64,000 bases of DNA from Firmicutes bacterium ADurb.Bin182 (lineage in GTDB: Bacteria; Bacillota; Clostridia; Christensenellales; CAG-138), in the NCBI GenBank assembly GCA_002070205.1, contig MWCU01000117.1, forward strand, positions 1,993 through 65,992, written 5' to 3'. This document shows positions 35,883 to 45,436 of the stretch, piece by piece (position 1 is the stretch's first letter; each line of letters opens with the position of its first letter). The notes under the pieces were generated by a model, which did no database searches, had not been told where the DNA came from, and saw nothing but the letters and a program-made list of their open reading frames with translations. The position numbers were made by a program, and so were the translations under genes.

Positions 35883-36929
35883 ATGGAAAACATCAAAATA
35901 GCCGTATGGGGATTCGGAGCAATGGGCAGCGGCATAGCCTCTATGCTTCTTAAGAAAACGGGGGCGGAAATAGTCGGCGTTTGCGATATTCATCCTGACA
36001 GGGCAGGAAAAGATATGTATGACATACTCGGCATCGACCGGAAAGGTAAAGCCCCCTTAATAATCAAAAGCAATATTGAAGAAGTCATTAAAGAAAAAAG
36101 CTGCGATGTGGCGATCATCGCTACGGATTCCTATACAAAAAACGCGTTTCCAAAGATTAAATTTTGTCTTGAAAAAAAAGTAAACGTTATATCCACGGCG
36201 GAGGAAATGGCTTTTCCCAAAGCGCAATCCCCCGAATTGGCGGAAGAAATGGACAGAATAGCCAAGGAGAACGGCGTGACCGTTCTTGGGACGGGCATAA
36301 ATCCCGGTTTCGTTCTTGACTACCTTATATTGGCTTTAACGGGAACCTGCGAAGCAGTGGAAGTAATAAAGGCTTCCAGGGTCAACGACTTATCTCCGTT
36401 CGGTCATGCTGTTATGGAGGAACAGGGAGTGGGAATTTCGCCCGAAGAGTTTAAAAAAAGAATAGCGAACAACGCTTTGGCGGGCCACGTGGGATTTCCG
36501 GAATCGATCCGGATGGTTGCCGAAGGGATAGGCTGGGATATCGAGAAAATTGAGCAGACAAAAGATCCGATAATATCGAACACATACAGAAAAACAAAAT
36601 ACACTGAAGTAAAACCGGGAAATCTGGCGGGCGTCAGGCAAAGAGGGTTCGGTTATGTGGACGGCACTTTGAAAATCGAAATGGATCATCCGCAGCAAAT
36701 CCTTCCGCAGACGGAAAATATAGATACCGGGGACTATATTACAATCAAGGGAAATCCTGCAATAAACCTTCAAATCAAGCCCGAAATACCCGGCGGGACA
36801 GGCACTGTCGCCATGTGCGTCAACATGATCCCGCATGTAATCAATTCGCGCCCGGGCCTAAAAACAATGCTTGACCTGCCCGTACCCAGGGCAATAATGG
36901 GCGATATGAGAAAACTGATAGAAAGATAA
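35883..36929 (+). CDS. ord: 2,4-diaminopentanoate dehydrogenase
   Basis: It has the N-terminal Rossmann fold IAVWGFGAMGSG and a DapB-like fold. It is the first gene of the ornithine fermentation cluster. Confidence 0.8.
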   Translation: MENIKIAVWGFGAMGSGIASMLLKKTGAEIVGVCDIHPDRAGKDMYDILGIDRKGKAPLIIKSNIEEVIKEKSCDVAIIATDSYTKNAFPKIKFCLEKKVNVISTAEEMAFPKAQSPELAEEMDRIAKENGVTVLGTGINPGFVLDYLILALTGTCEAVEVIKASRVNDLSPFGHAVMEEQGVGISPEEFKKRIANNALAGHVGFPESIRMVAEGIGWDIEKIEQTKDPIISNTYRKTKYTEVKPGNLAGVRQRGFGYVDGTLKIEMDHPQQILPQTENIDTGDYITIKGNPAINLQIKPEIPGGTGTVAMCVNMIPHVINSRPGLKTMLDLPVPRAIMGDMRKLIER

Positions 36930-36939
36930 TGGTGACATT

Positions 36940-37251
36940 ATGAACGCTAAAAAAGGCGATTGGGTTCAAATCCATCAAATAGTTTTGGAGCCTTCCGGGC
37001 GCGCCCCGACGGTTCCGGAGGATACGAAAAAAGTTCCGCTGGAGCTATGGGTCAAAGGCTATGCTCTTCACGATTCGAAAATCGGTGAGAATGTTGAAAT
37101 CAGAACGATTACGGGGCGCAAAGCAAGCGGAGAACTTACGGCAGTAAACCCTTCATATAAGCACTCTTTCGGCGACTTTGTGCCGGAGCTTTTGCAGATA
37201 GGCAAACAGGTTAAAGGAATTTTATACGGAGATGAATATGATGAGAGATAA
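36940..37251 (+). CDS. ortA: 2-amino-4-ketopentanoate thiolase, alpha subunit
   Basis: The 103-aa product lies directly upstream of, and overlaps, the PLP-dependent beta subunit. This is the conserved position in the cluster. Confidence 0.75.
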   Translation: MNAKKGDWVQIHQIVLEPSGRAPTVPEDTKKVPLELWVKGYALHDSKIGENVEIRTITGRKASGELTAVNPSYKHSFGDFVPELLQIGKQVKGILYGDEYDER

Positions 37252-38680
37252 ATCCTATGCCGCCGTTATGGGAAGAAAAAACGAAATAATGAAAAAAGCC
37301 GTCGGCATAGATTACAGCGTTTTTGAATCGGGCGGCATTTCGTTTGACTATGAAAGAATGATGGCGGACGCCGGCTATACACTTGAAGAAATACAAAGGA
37401 TACAAGCTGAGGTCCATGTTGGGAACACACCTCTTATAGAATTAAAAAACCTGACCGCTTTAGCCCGCAAACTGGCCCCGGAAGGAAAAGGAGCAAGAAT
37501 TTTCATTAAAGACGAAGCATGCAATCCTTCCGGCAGCTTTAAGGCAAGAAGGGCGGCGACCGCCGTTTACCATGCCAAAAAGAACGGATATAAAGGCGTG
37601 ATCGCCGCCACAAGCGGTAATTACGGTGCGGCCGTGGCCTCCCAGGCCGCAATGCAGGGCCTTAAATGCATAGTAGTTCAAGAGTGTTATGACAGCAAAA
37701 TGACAGGTCAGCCCGAAATACTCGAAAAACAGCGCGCATGTGAAGCATTGGGCGCCGAAGTCGTTCAACTGTCGGTCGGTCCCGAGCTTTTCTATACTTT
37801 CCTTTGCCTTTTGGAAGAAACGGGATATTTCAACGCTTCTCTTTATACCCCTTTCGGAATATCGGGAGTTGAAACTTTGGGGTATGAGCTTATTGCCCAA
37901 TTCCGCGAAAAAACAGGCAAAGACCCGGATAAAGTAATCGTAACCCATGCGGGCGGAGGAAACGTTACCGGTACGGCAAGAGGGATAATCAAGGCCAATG
38001 CCAAAAATACGGAAGTTATCGGCGCAAGCGTGGATCTGTCGGGCCTTCACATGGCCTCCGATACTGATTTTAACAGAAAATCCTTTACGACAGGCCATAC
38101 GGGTTTCGGCATTCCTTTCGCTACCTGGCCCGACAGAGCCGACGTTCCCAGAAACGCGGCAAGGCCATTGAGATATATGGACAGATATGTTCTCGTCAAA
38201 CAGGGAGAAGTTTTCTACATAACCGAATCTCTGGCTGTTTTGGAGGGGCTTGAAAGGGGCCCTGCCGGAAACACGTCATTAACGGCCGCGTTTGCGTTAG
38301 CGCAGGAAATGGACGAAACCGAAACCATTGTCGTTCAGGAAACCGAATATACAGGCGCCGGTAAACACCCTTTGCCTCAGCTGAGCTTTGCAAGAGCCAA
38401 TAATATCGAAATCAAATTCGGAGATCCGGATGAAGAAATACCGGGCAAAAATATTATTCTGCCCCGTCATCCTTCAATGATCAAGGCCAGGGATTTTGAC
38501 TTGAATAAAGCAAGGACTTCATATATAAAAAATTGCGTGAATGCCTGCAATGCAACAAAAATAAATCAGGAAGATCTTCGGTTCCTGATTGAAGATACAA
38601 AATCAAACGAGGATTTTGTATCACAGGTGCTTAAGGAATTAAACATAGAAGTTTTAAGGAAAACAGGAGGCAAAACATGA
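37232..38680 (+). CDS. ortB: 2-amino-4-ketopentanoate thiolase, beta subunit (PLP-dependent)
   Basis: It has a Trp-synthase-beta-like fold with the lysine block NPSGSFKARR and the glycine loop HAGGGN. Confidence 0.8.
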   Translation: MNMMRDKSYAAVMGRKNEIMKKAVGIDYSVFESGGISFDYERMMADAGYTLEEIQRIQAEVHVGNTPLIELKNLTALARKLAPEGKGARIFIKDEACNPSGSFKARRAATAVYHAKKNGYKGVIAATSGNYGAAVASQAAMQGLKCIVVQECYDSKMTGQPEILEKQRACEALGAEVVQLSVGPELFYTFLCLLEETGYFNASLYTPFGISGVETLGYELIAQFREKTGKDPDKVIVTHAGGGNVTGTARGIIKANAKNTEVIGASVDLSGLHMASDTDFNRKSFTTGHTGFGIPFATWPDRADVPRNAARPLRYMDRYVLVKQGEVFYITESLAVLEGLERGPAGNTSLTAAFALAQEMDETETIVVQETEYTGAGKHPLPQLSFARANNIEIKFGDPDEEIPGKNIILPRHPSMIKARDFDLNKARTSYIKNCVNACNATKINQEDLRFLIEDTKSNEDFVSQVLKELNIEVLRKTGGKT

Positions 38681-39036
38681 AACGTGCGGATGATTTTGAA
38701 GTCAGGCGCCAACATTTAAAGGAGCTTTCGGATGAACAGCTGAAAGAACGATTCTGGGAACTGGCTGAAAAGATCGTTGAACCGATGCTGGAGCTGGGAT
38801 ATAAAAATACTACTCCCGCAATAGAGCGCAGCATCCTTTTGAGAATGGGTTTTTCAAGCCTCGAAATCCAACCTATTGTTGACGGAGTTATGAAGAGAAA
38901 TCTCACGGGCAAAGGCTGCGGCAATATTGTTTGGCGTTTAGCCAAAAAACTCGGCATATCGGTAAGGGAAGCCGGCTTAGGTCTTTCAAACGGCAAATAC
39001 TGGGAAGACGTCGACACTTTGTTTAAGGAGGAGTAA
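38677..39036 (+). CDS. oraS: D-ornithine 4,5-aminomutase subunit S
   Basis: The 119-aa product starts MKRADDFEVRRQHLKELSDEQLKERFWELAEKIVEP. It has an ATGA overlap with ortB and precedes the large B12 subunit. Confidence 0.8.
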   Translation: MKRADDFEVRRQHLKELSDEQLKERFWELAEKIVEPMLELGYKNTTPAIERSILLRMGFSSLEIQPIVDGVMKRNLTGKGCGNIVWRLAKKLGISVREAGLGLSNGKYWEDVDTLFKEE

Positions 39037-39039
39037 AAA

Positions 39040-41241
39040 ATGAAGCTGCGCGAAAATGAAAAATTGAATATTAAAGAGCTTCTTAAAGACCTGGATAAAT
39101 ACGAACCGAAAAGAAGAGGCTGGCATTGGCGCGAAAACGCTGATGTTAAAAGAAAAATAGGAGATTTTGAATATCACGAAACATCAGAGGGATTGAAAAA
39201 ATACATACCGCTGCCGGGAAGCAGAGGATTTGACCATATAGATCCTCAGCCTGACTGCGTTATTACAACCGAAATCGCCTCCGGCAGATTTGAGGACGAT
39301 ATTCGCAGGATGAGAATGGCCGCATGGCACGGCGCCGATCATATCATGGTTATCCGTACTGCGGGTCAGTCCCATATCGATTCGCTGCTTGAAGGAACGA
39401 CTCAAGGCATAGGCGGTATTCCCGTTACCAGAAAACAAATACGCGCCAGCAGAAAAGCTTTGGACCTTATAGAAGAAGAAGTCGGCCGTCCCATAAACTT
39501 CCACTCCTATATCTCCGGGGTGGCAGGTCCCGATATAGCGGTCATGTTCGCAGAAGAAGGCGTCAACGGCGCGCATCAGGATCCGCAGTATAACGTTTTA
39601 TACAGAAACGTCAACATGATAAGAAGCTTTGTCGACGCTTGCGAAGCAAAAAAGATAATGGCCTGGGCGGATATGCTTCAAATAGACGGAGCGCATAATG
39701 CAAACGCCACGGCAATGAAGGCATGGAAAGTAATGCCCGAATTGATGGTACAACACGCTATAAACTGCATGTTTTCAAGAAAAGTAGGAGTCAAGCCCGA
39801 GAACATAGCGCTTTCAAGCGTTCCTCCGACCGCTCCGCCCGCGCCGTGCATGCGTTTGGATTTACCTTACGCGGTTGCCTTAAGAGACTTTTTCTCCGAA
39901 TATAAGATCCGCGCACAGCAGAACACGAAATACATGGAATCGGACACGAGAGAAGCTACAGTGACCCATACCCTGAACCTGATGATATCAAGGCTTACAT
40001 CCGCCGATATACAATCGACTATAACGCCCGATGAGGGCAGAAATGTTCCCTGGCATTATAATAATATCGCCGCGATCAATACCGCCAAGCAGGCTCTTGA
40101 CGGCATGGACGGCTTAAGGGAAATGGTCAAACTTGATAAAGACGGCGTTTTGGGGGAAACCGTACGTGAACTGAAGGAAAGAGCTGTCCTCTTTATGGAA
40201 GAAATACTGGAGACAGGAGGATATTTCAATGCGGTCCAAAACGGCTTCTTTATAGACAGCGGTTATTATCCCGAAAGAAACGGCGACGGAATCCCGAGGG
40301 ATATTGACGGCGGCATAGGCGAAGGCATGATATTCGAAAGGGATAAAGGCTATTTTGCGCCGGTATCCGTTCATTACGGATATAACAATATTCCGGCCGG
40401 GTTTAAATCCGCTTCCGAAGCCATAAACGGAGACACGTTTGAAGACAGGTCTAAAATAATATACGTCGATGAGTTGGATGAATTCGATAATGTAAACGTT
40501 CGCTTAAAAGAGGCGGAAAAATACTATGATTCGAATTTCATAAAACCGGAAGTGGAATGGCGTGCCGACGGCATAGTTTTAACCACAATATTCCTTCCCG
40601 TCGATGAGAGGACCGCCGAGTTTGCCGCAATCAAATGCGGCGAGAAAATGGGGCTCGAAGACGTAACGGTAGTCCACAAGTACTGCATGCACCCTGCGGA
40701 AGGCACCATGGTGGAGATAAAAGGCAAAGTGAGGTTCGACATAGATATAAACGAACTCGTCATTCCGGAAAAAGTTCCTGTTTTATCCGAAGACGAAATC
40801 AGAGCGGACATAGCCGAAAAGCCGATGTTCGTGGTGGCATCGACGGTCGGCGAAGACGAACACTCCGTCGGGCTTAAAGAGACTTTGGATATCAAACACG
40901 GAGGAATCGAGAAATTCGGCATCAAGTATCTTTACCTTGGAACTTCTTGTCCCGTTGAAAAGCTCGTCGACGCCGCAATCGAAACAAATGCGGATGCGAT
41001 ACTCGCTTCAACCATTATTACACACGATGACGTACACATTAAAAACATGAAGAAAATCAGTCAGTTATGTGTGGAAAAAGGAATCAGAGACAGGATAATC
41101 CTCGTCTCCGGCGGTACTCAAATCACCAATGAAATCGCAAAAGAGGCCGGTATGGACGCGGGCTTCGGCAGAGGCAGCAAGGGAATAGACGTCGCAAGCT
41201 TCCTTGTAAAAAGACGAAGGGAAATGCAAAATGAAGGTTGA
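39040..41241 (+). CDS. oraE: D-ornithine 4,5-aminomutase subunit E (B12/PLP-dependent)
   Basis: The product is 733 aa. It has a C-terminal cobalamin-binding DxHxxG motif (GEDEHSVGL) and a Rossmann-like tail. Confidence 0.85.
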   Translation: MKLRENEKLNIKELLKDLDKYEPKRRGWHWRENADVKRKIGDFEYHETSEGLKKYIPLPGSRGFDHIDPQPDCVITTEIASGRFEDDIRRMRMAAWHGADHIMVIRTAGQSHIDSLLEGTTQGIGGIPVTRKQIRASRKALDLIEEEVGRPINFHSYISGVAGPDIAVMFAEEGVNGAHQDPQYNVLYRNVNMIRSFVDACEAKKIMAWADMLQIDGAHNANATAMKAWKVMPELMVQHAINCMFSRKVGVKPENIALSSVPPTAPPAPCMRLDLPYAVALRDFFSEYKIRAQQNTKYMESDTREATVTHTLNLMISRLTSADIQSTITPDEGRNVPWHYNNIAAINTAKQALDGMDGLREMVKLDKDGVLGETVRELKERAVLFMEEILETGGYFNAVQNGFFIDSGYYPERNGDGIPRDIDGGIGEGMIFERDKGYFAPVSVHYGYNNIPAGFKSASEAINGDTFEDRSKIIYVDELDEFDNVNVRLKEAEKYYDSNFIKPEVEWRADGIVLTTIFLPVDERTAEFAAIKCGEKMGLEDVTVVHKYCMHPAEGTMVEIKGKVRFDIDINELVIPEKVPVLSEDEIRADIAEKPMFVVASTVGEDEHSVGLKETLDIKHGGIEKFGIKYLYLGTSCPVEKLVDAAIETNADAILASTIITHDDVHIKNMKKISQLCVEKGIRDRIILVSGGTQITNEIAKEAGMDAGFGRGSKGIDVASFLVKRRREMQNEG

Positions 41242-42586
41242 TGTTTTAGTGGCTGAAATCGGCAGCACTACGACAATAATAAACGCGTTTCAAGAAGTCG
41301 GGGGGGGTTCCCCCCTCTTTCTCGGGCAGGGCTTCAGTGCGACCACGGTCCTTGAGGGGGATGTAACTATCGGCCTTAAAAACGCGGTCAATGACCTTTC
41401 CGTTAACTTAAACGTACCGGAGATAACCTGGGGAGAAATGCTTGCTACAAGCAGCGCCGCGGGCGGACTCAAAATGACCGTGCACGGACTTGTATATGAT
41501 ATGACGGTCAAAGCGGCCAAAGAAGCCTCGCTCGGAGCCGGAGCGATATTAAAGCTGATAACGGCAGGCACTCTCCGAAAAACCGACATATTGAAAATCA
41601 AAGCGATCACCCCCAACATAATACTCATTGCGGGCGGAGTGGATTACGGCGAAAGAAATACGGCTTTGAATAATTTTGAGCTTATCGCAAGCCAGAAACT
41701 GAATATCCCTTTGATCTATGCGGGCAATATCGAAAATCACGATGAAATAAAGCTGATAGCTGAAGAATACGGTACAACGCTTTACATAGTGGACAACGTT
41801 TACCCCAAAGTCGATGTGCTGAATGTCGAGCCCGCAAGAAAGATCATACAACAGGCATTTGAAGAGCATATCATACACGCTCCCGGAATGACAACCATAC
41901 GCGATATGGTCAGCGGTCCCATCATCCCGACGCCCGGCGCCGTTATGGAGGCTGCAAAGCTTCTCAGAGAGCATATCGGGGACCTTGTGGTTTTTGATGT
42001 GGGCGGAGCCACAACCGACGTCCACTCAGTAACGGAGGGGTCGGATGAAATCAGCAAGATCATGATAAGTCCCGAGCCTGTCGCCAAAAGAACGGTTGAA
42101 GGCGATTTGGGAGTTTTTGTCAGCATACAAAACGTGGCGGATAAAATCGGGACGGAAGTTTTGAAAAAAGAATTCCCCGATGCGGATGAGTTAATAAAAA
42201 ACGCGAAACCTATTCCTTCCACCGAATTGGAGAAAAGGTTTATTGAGAGGCTGACTTTGGAGGCCGTCCTTACTTCTTTGGAGAGGCATTCCGGGGCAAT
42301 CAGAAATCTGTTCGGTCCCGGCGGGAAAAAGACTATTGCGGAAGGAAAAGACTTGACGAACGTAAAGTATATAGTCGGAACCGGCGGAGCGCTTACAAGG
42401 CTTCCGGGCAGAGTTGAAATACTGAATAAAGTGCCCCTTCACAACAAGGGCCTTGATTTGTTTCCCAAAAAAGATTCCAAAGTCTTGATTGATAATGATT
42501 ATATAATGGCCTCTTTGGGCGTACTCTCCAAAAAATATCCCGAAGCGGCGCTGAAACTCTTAAAGAGAAGTTTAAAAATATCCTGA
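41231..42586 (+). CDS. GlmL/MutL-like protein (putative aminomutase reactivase)
   Basis: It has ASKHA-like blocks VAEIGSTTT and VFDVGGATTDVHS. Its position after oraE is as in known ornithine clusters. Confidence 0.7.
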   Translation: MKVDVLVAEIGSTTTIINAFQEVGGGSPLFLGQGFSATTVLEGDVTIGLKNAVNDLSVNLNVPEITWGEMLATSSAAGGLKMTVHGLVYDMTVKAAKEASLGAGAILKLITAGTLRKTDILKIKAITPNIILIAGGVDYGERNTALNNFELIASQKLNIPLIYAGNIENHDEIKLIAEEYGTTLYIVDNVYPKVDVLNVEPARKIIQQAFEEHIIHAPGMTTIRDMVSGPIIPTPGAVMEAAKLLREHIGDLVVFDVGGATTDVHSVTEGSDEISKIMISPEPVAKRTVEGDLGVFVSIQNVADKIGTEVLKKEFPDADELIKNAKPIPSTELEKRFIERLTLEAVLTSLERHSGAIRNLFGPGGKKTIAEGKDLTNVKYIVGTGGALTRLPGRVEILNKVPLHNKGLDLFPKKDSKVLIDNDYIMASLGVLSKKYPEAALKLLKRSLKIS

Positions 42587-42602
42587 AGCGTTGAGGTTTA
42601 AA

Positions 42603-43664
42603 ATGCGTTATCCATCAGTGACAATAAATCTCGAAAAGCTCGAGAAAAACACCGCAACCATAGTAAACCTTTGCAAAAAGCATAATATATCCGTTTCGGG
42701 CGTTACAAAGGTTTTTTGCGGGATCCCGGAAATCACAAACGCTATGGTAAAGGGCGGAATAAGTTTTATTGCGGACTCGAGAATCGAGAATTTAAAGAAA
42801 TCAATGTGTTTTAACTTGCCGAAAATCCTTCTCCGGCTTCCTATGCTGTCTCAAGCAGACGATGCTGTAACTTATTCAGATATAAGCCTCAACTCCGAAT
42901 ACGTTACAATAGCCGCTCTTTCAGATGCAGCCCGGAGAATGAATCAGACACATAAAATAATATTGATGATAGATGTGGGGGATTTAAGGGAAGGCATACT
43001 TCCGAAAGATTGTCTGAACCTCGTTGAGAAGATACTGAAGTTGAAAGGCGTTGAGCTTTTCGGATTGGGAACAAACCTCAACTGCTTCGGAGGCGTGATC
43101 CCTTCATTTGAAAACCTCAGCATATTGACGGACCTGAAAAACAAGATCAAAGAGAAATTCAATTTCGAAATCACAATGCTGTCCGGAGGGAATTCCGGCT
43201 CTTTGCACTTGCTTGAAAGCAACAAAATTCCGAAAGAAATAAACAATCTCCGGCTCGGAGAATCTATATTAAGAGGAATGGAATCATCTTACGGCAGATA
43301 CCTTGACGATACATTTGATGACGTGTTTATTTTCAATGCCGAAATAATAGAATTGAAGGAGAAACCTTCCGTTCCTGCGGGCGAAATAGGTCCGGATGCA
43401 TTCGGAAATAAACCTGTGTTTACCGACCGCGGGACAATAAAAAGAGCGATCGCGGCTTGCGGACGACAAGACGTGAATATCAGCGGTTTGCGCCCGCTTG
43501 ATAACCTTATTGAAATCCTGGGCGCAAGCAGCGATCACATGATTTTGGACGTAACAAAATCAAAAACCGATTATAAAGTCGGAGATGTCGTTAAGTTTTC
43601 ATTGGATTACGGCGCATTGTTATCCGCCTTTACGTCGGAATATGTGTTAAAGTATTATACATAA
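42603..43664 (+). CDS. orr: ornithine racemase (alanine racemase-fold, PLP)
   Basis: It has an alanine-racemase N-terminal-type fold (VTKVFCG lysine block). It is the last gene of the cluster. I prefer the ATG at 42603 over the TTG at 42591. Confidence 0.75.
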   Translation: MRYPSVTINLEKLEKNTATIVNLCKKHNISVSGVTKVFCGIPEITNAMVKGGISFIADSRIENLKKSMCFNLPKILLRLPMLSQADDAVTYSDISLNSEYVTIAALSDAARRMNQTHKIILMIDVGDLREGILPKDCLNLVEKILKLKGVELFGLGTNLNCFGGVIPSFENLSILTDLKNKIKEKFNFEITMLSGGNSGSLHLLESNKIPKEINNLRLGESILRGMESSYGRYLDDTFDDVFIFNAEIIELKEKPSVPAGEIGPDAFGNKPVFTDRGTIKRAIAACGRQDVNISGLRPLDNLIEILGASSDHMILDVTKSKTDYKVGDVVKFSLDYGALLSAFTSEYVLKYYT

Positions 43665-43729
43665 CGGGGGTTTTCTTCACCCTATTCTAAAATATCATAG
43701 TTGCTTTCACCGATCACAAACCTTTCTGT

Positions 43730-43966
43730 TTACTCAATGTAAAAGGAAGCTGTATTCACCATTCCGATAATAACCGTACCGATAATAAAAAGCAAACATG
43801 CTCCGCAGATAAAACCCGGCAGGAAGACGAGAACGAAGTTTCGCCTTTTATGGAAACTGTTTTTTATCATATTGAACTTATATACCGCCATACACGCCGG
43901 CAGCATGGGCATCGCACCGAAAGCAAGCCATATAAATGCCTGCTCTTTCCATGTTAAGGGGAGCAT
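43730..43966 (-). CDS. small membrane protein
   Basis: The 78-aa product has two hydrophobic helices. It lies directly downstream of the HTH gene on the same strand. The frame stays open upstream to ~44089 without a canonical start codon. Confidence 0.4.
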   Translation of the reverse strand: MLPLTWKEQAFIWLAFGAMPMLPACMAVYKFNMIKNSFHKRRNFVLVFLPGFICGACLLFIIGTVIIGMVNTASFYIE

Positions 43967-44078
43967 CGCATCGGGATTTACGGTTTCGGCTGAACCGAAA
44001 AGCGCGATACAGGCAAGTCCGGCAGTAATGAGAGCGCCTGTTGCGTAAACGGTATTGCTTATTATCCTTGCAATCTTA

Positions 44079-44294
44079 TTAATCGCCCTTTACCTCTTTC
44101 CTGTATTTCAAAATATCGCCGGGCTGGCAATCGAGGGCTTCACACAGTTTTTCGAGCGTAGATATTTTAAGCGCTTTGACCTTTCCTGTTTTAATCATCG
44201 AAACATTGGCCATTGTGAAGCCGACGCGCCCGGCTAGTTCAGTGACGCTCATTTTGCGCTTCGCGAGCATGACATCCACGTTAATTATTATCAT
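44079..44294 (-). CDS. XRE-family HTH transcriptional regulator (YozG-like)
   Basis: The HTH block is MSVTELAGRVGFTMANVSMIKTGKVKALKISTLEKLCEALDCQPGDIL. The product is 71 aa and overlaps the upstream gene by 4 nt. Confidence 0.8.
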   Translation of the reverse strand: MIIINVDVMLAKRKMSVTELAGRVGFTMANVSMIKTGKVKALKISTLEKLCEALDCQPGDILKYRKEVKGD

Positions 44295-44770
44295 ATGGTT
44301 CCCTCGCTTTCCTCTTGCAGTACGGCGGCTTTCGTCAGATAGCGGGAAAGAACCGCCGCCAAAAGGGCGAGCGCGACTATGAAAATGACTCCTATAACGG
44401 ACAAAAGAAGGAAGCCCGGGTGGTTCATATCAAGCAAAAGCAATACAATATTGCCGGTAAAAAGAAGAACCGCGTCATACAAAAGCAATACAGCTCCCGC
44501 TTTGACCCATTTAGCCGTTAATACAGTAAACACGGTATCATTCGTTACCGCACCCGAGACTTTCCATACAAAAACGAGTACGGCAAAGCACGGCAGCGCG
44601 ATCAACCATGCGAATATCAACCACGGCCAATACCATCCGCTGAATTCGGGGTTCGCATCGATAATACTCCTTCCCCAGGCCGGTACGACATAGAGGCAGA
44701 GGAATAAGCCGCTTATAATAACTGCTGCTACGGAAATGCGCATCAGGCTTCCTAAAGTTTTTGACGTCAT
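44291..44770 (-). CDS. DUF2975-like membrane protein
   Basis: It has four hydrophobic helices and shows the classic pairing with a YozG-like HTH gene. Confidence 0.6.
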   Translation of the reverse strand: MTSKTLGSLMRISVAAVIISGLFLCLYVVPAWGRSIIDANPEFSGWYWPWLIFAWLIALPCFAVLVFVWKVSGAVTNDTVFTVLTAKWVKAGAVLLLYDAVLLFTGNIVLLLLDMNHPGFLLLSVIGVIFIVALALLAAVLSRYLTKAAVLQEESEGTI

Positions 44771-44830
44771 ATAAAGTCCCCCTCCTTATCTTAACTGCCA
44801 TTAAGTATATCACAGACGGAAGAAAACACA

Positions 44831-44863
44831 ATAATATTTTACCGCAATACAGTAAAATATTAT
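44831..44863. promoter_or_regulatory. Candidate operator: perfect 12-bp inverted repeat ATAATATTTTAC-n9-GTAAAATATTAT
   Basis: It lies 60-90 nt upstream of the DUF2975/HTH operon start. Confidence 0.35.
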
Positions 44864-45091
44864 CGACAGTAAAAAGTGTTTTTATCAACTGCTGGATAAT
44901 ACACAGCCTGCCAGGGCTTTGAACAGGCATATGAACCGCAGTGCCTTCCCGTCATAATGCAGGTGATATCCGTCCGAAGGAAGTATGGAGACGATTCTTA
45001 TGCCTCAAATTCTCAAAATATATATGTAGGTATACGGGCAGCCCGGAGTATCTGTCGCGTTTAACTTAACACCCGGTTAACCGAGCAGCCT

Positions 45092-45334
45092 TTACCGTTC
45101 AATAACGATCGTGCATTCTGTAGCAAGAGCCGTGATAGTTGCGACAGCTGCGAAAACAGGAGCCAAAGCCATGCCGACTACGCCGACGGTCAGCGGAAAG
45201 CTTATAATCTCCTTATCGTCCTTATCCTTAATCGTAACTTTTCTCGCGTTGCCTTCCTTGATGATCGCCTTAATTTTCGCCATCAGGTCCTCTCCGCTGA
45301 CCCTGAACTCTTCCGTTCTCTTTTCTTCGTCCAT
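45092..45334 (-). CDS. DUF4342 domain protein
   Basis: The 80-aa product has a pattern (RKVTIKDKDDKEIISFPLTVGVVG..APV.AAV..I) that matches my memory of DUF4342. Confidence 0.6.
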   Translation of the reverse strand: MDEEKRTEEFRVSGEDLMAKIKAIIKEGNARKVTIKDKDDKEIISFPLTVGVVGMALAPVFAAVATITALATECTIVIER

Positions 45335-45436
45335 AATACCCTCCTTGATTTATTGAATCAATATTATATTATTGTGCAAGTGCCCTCTCAACAGATATTT
45401 GATCTCTTGTCCCGATTGCGGGCAACTCGCCGGCGG

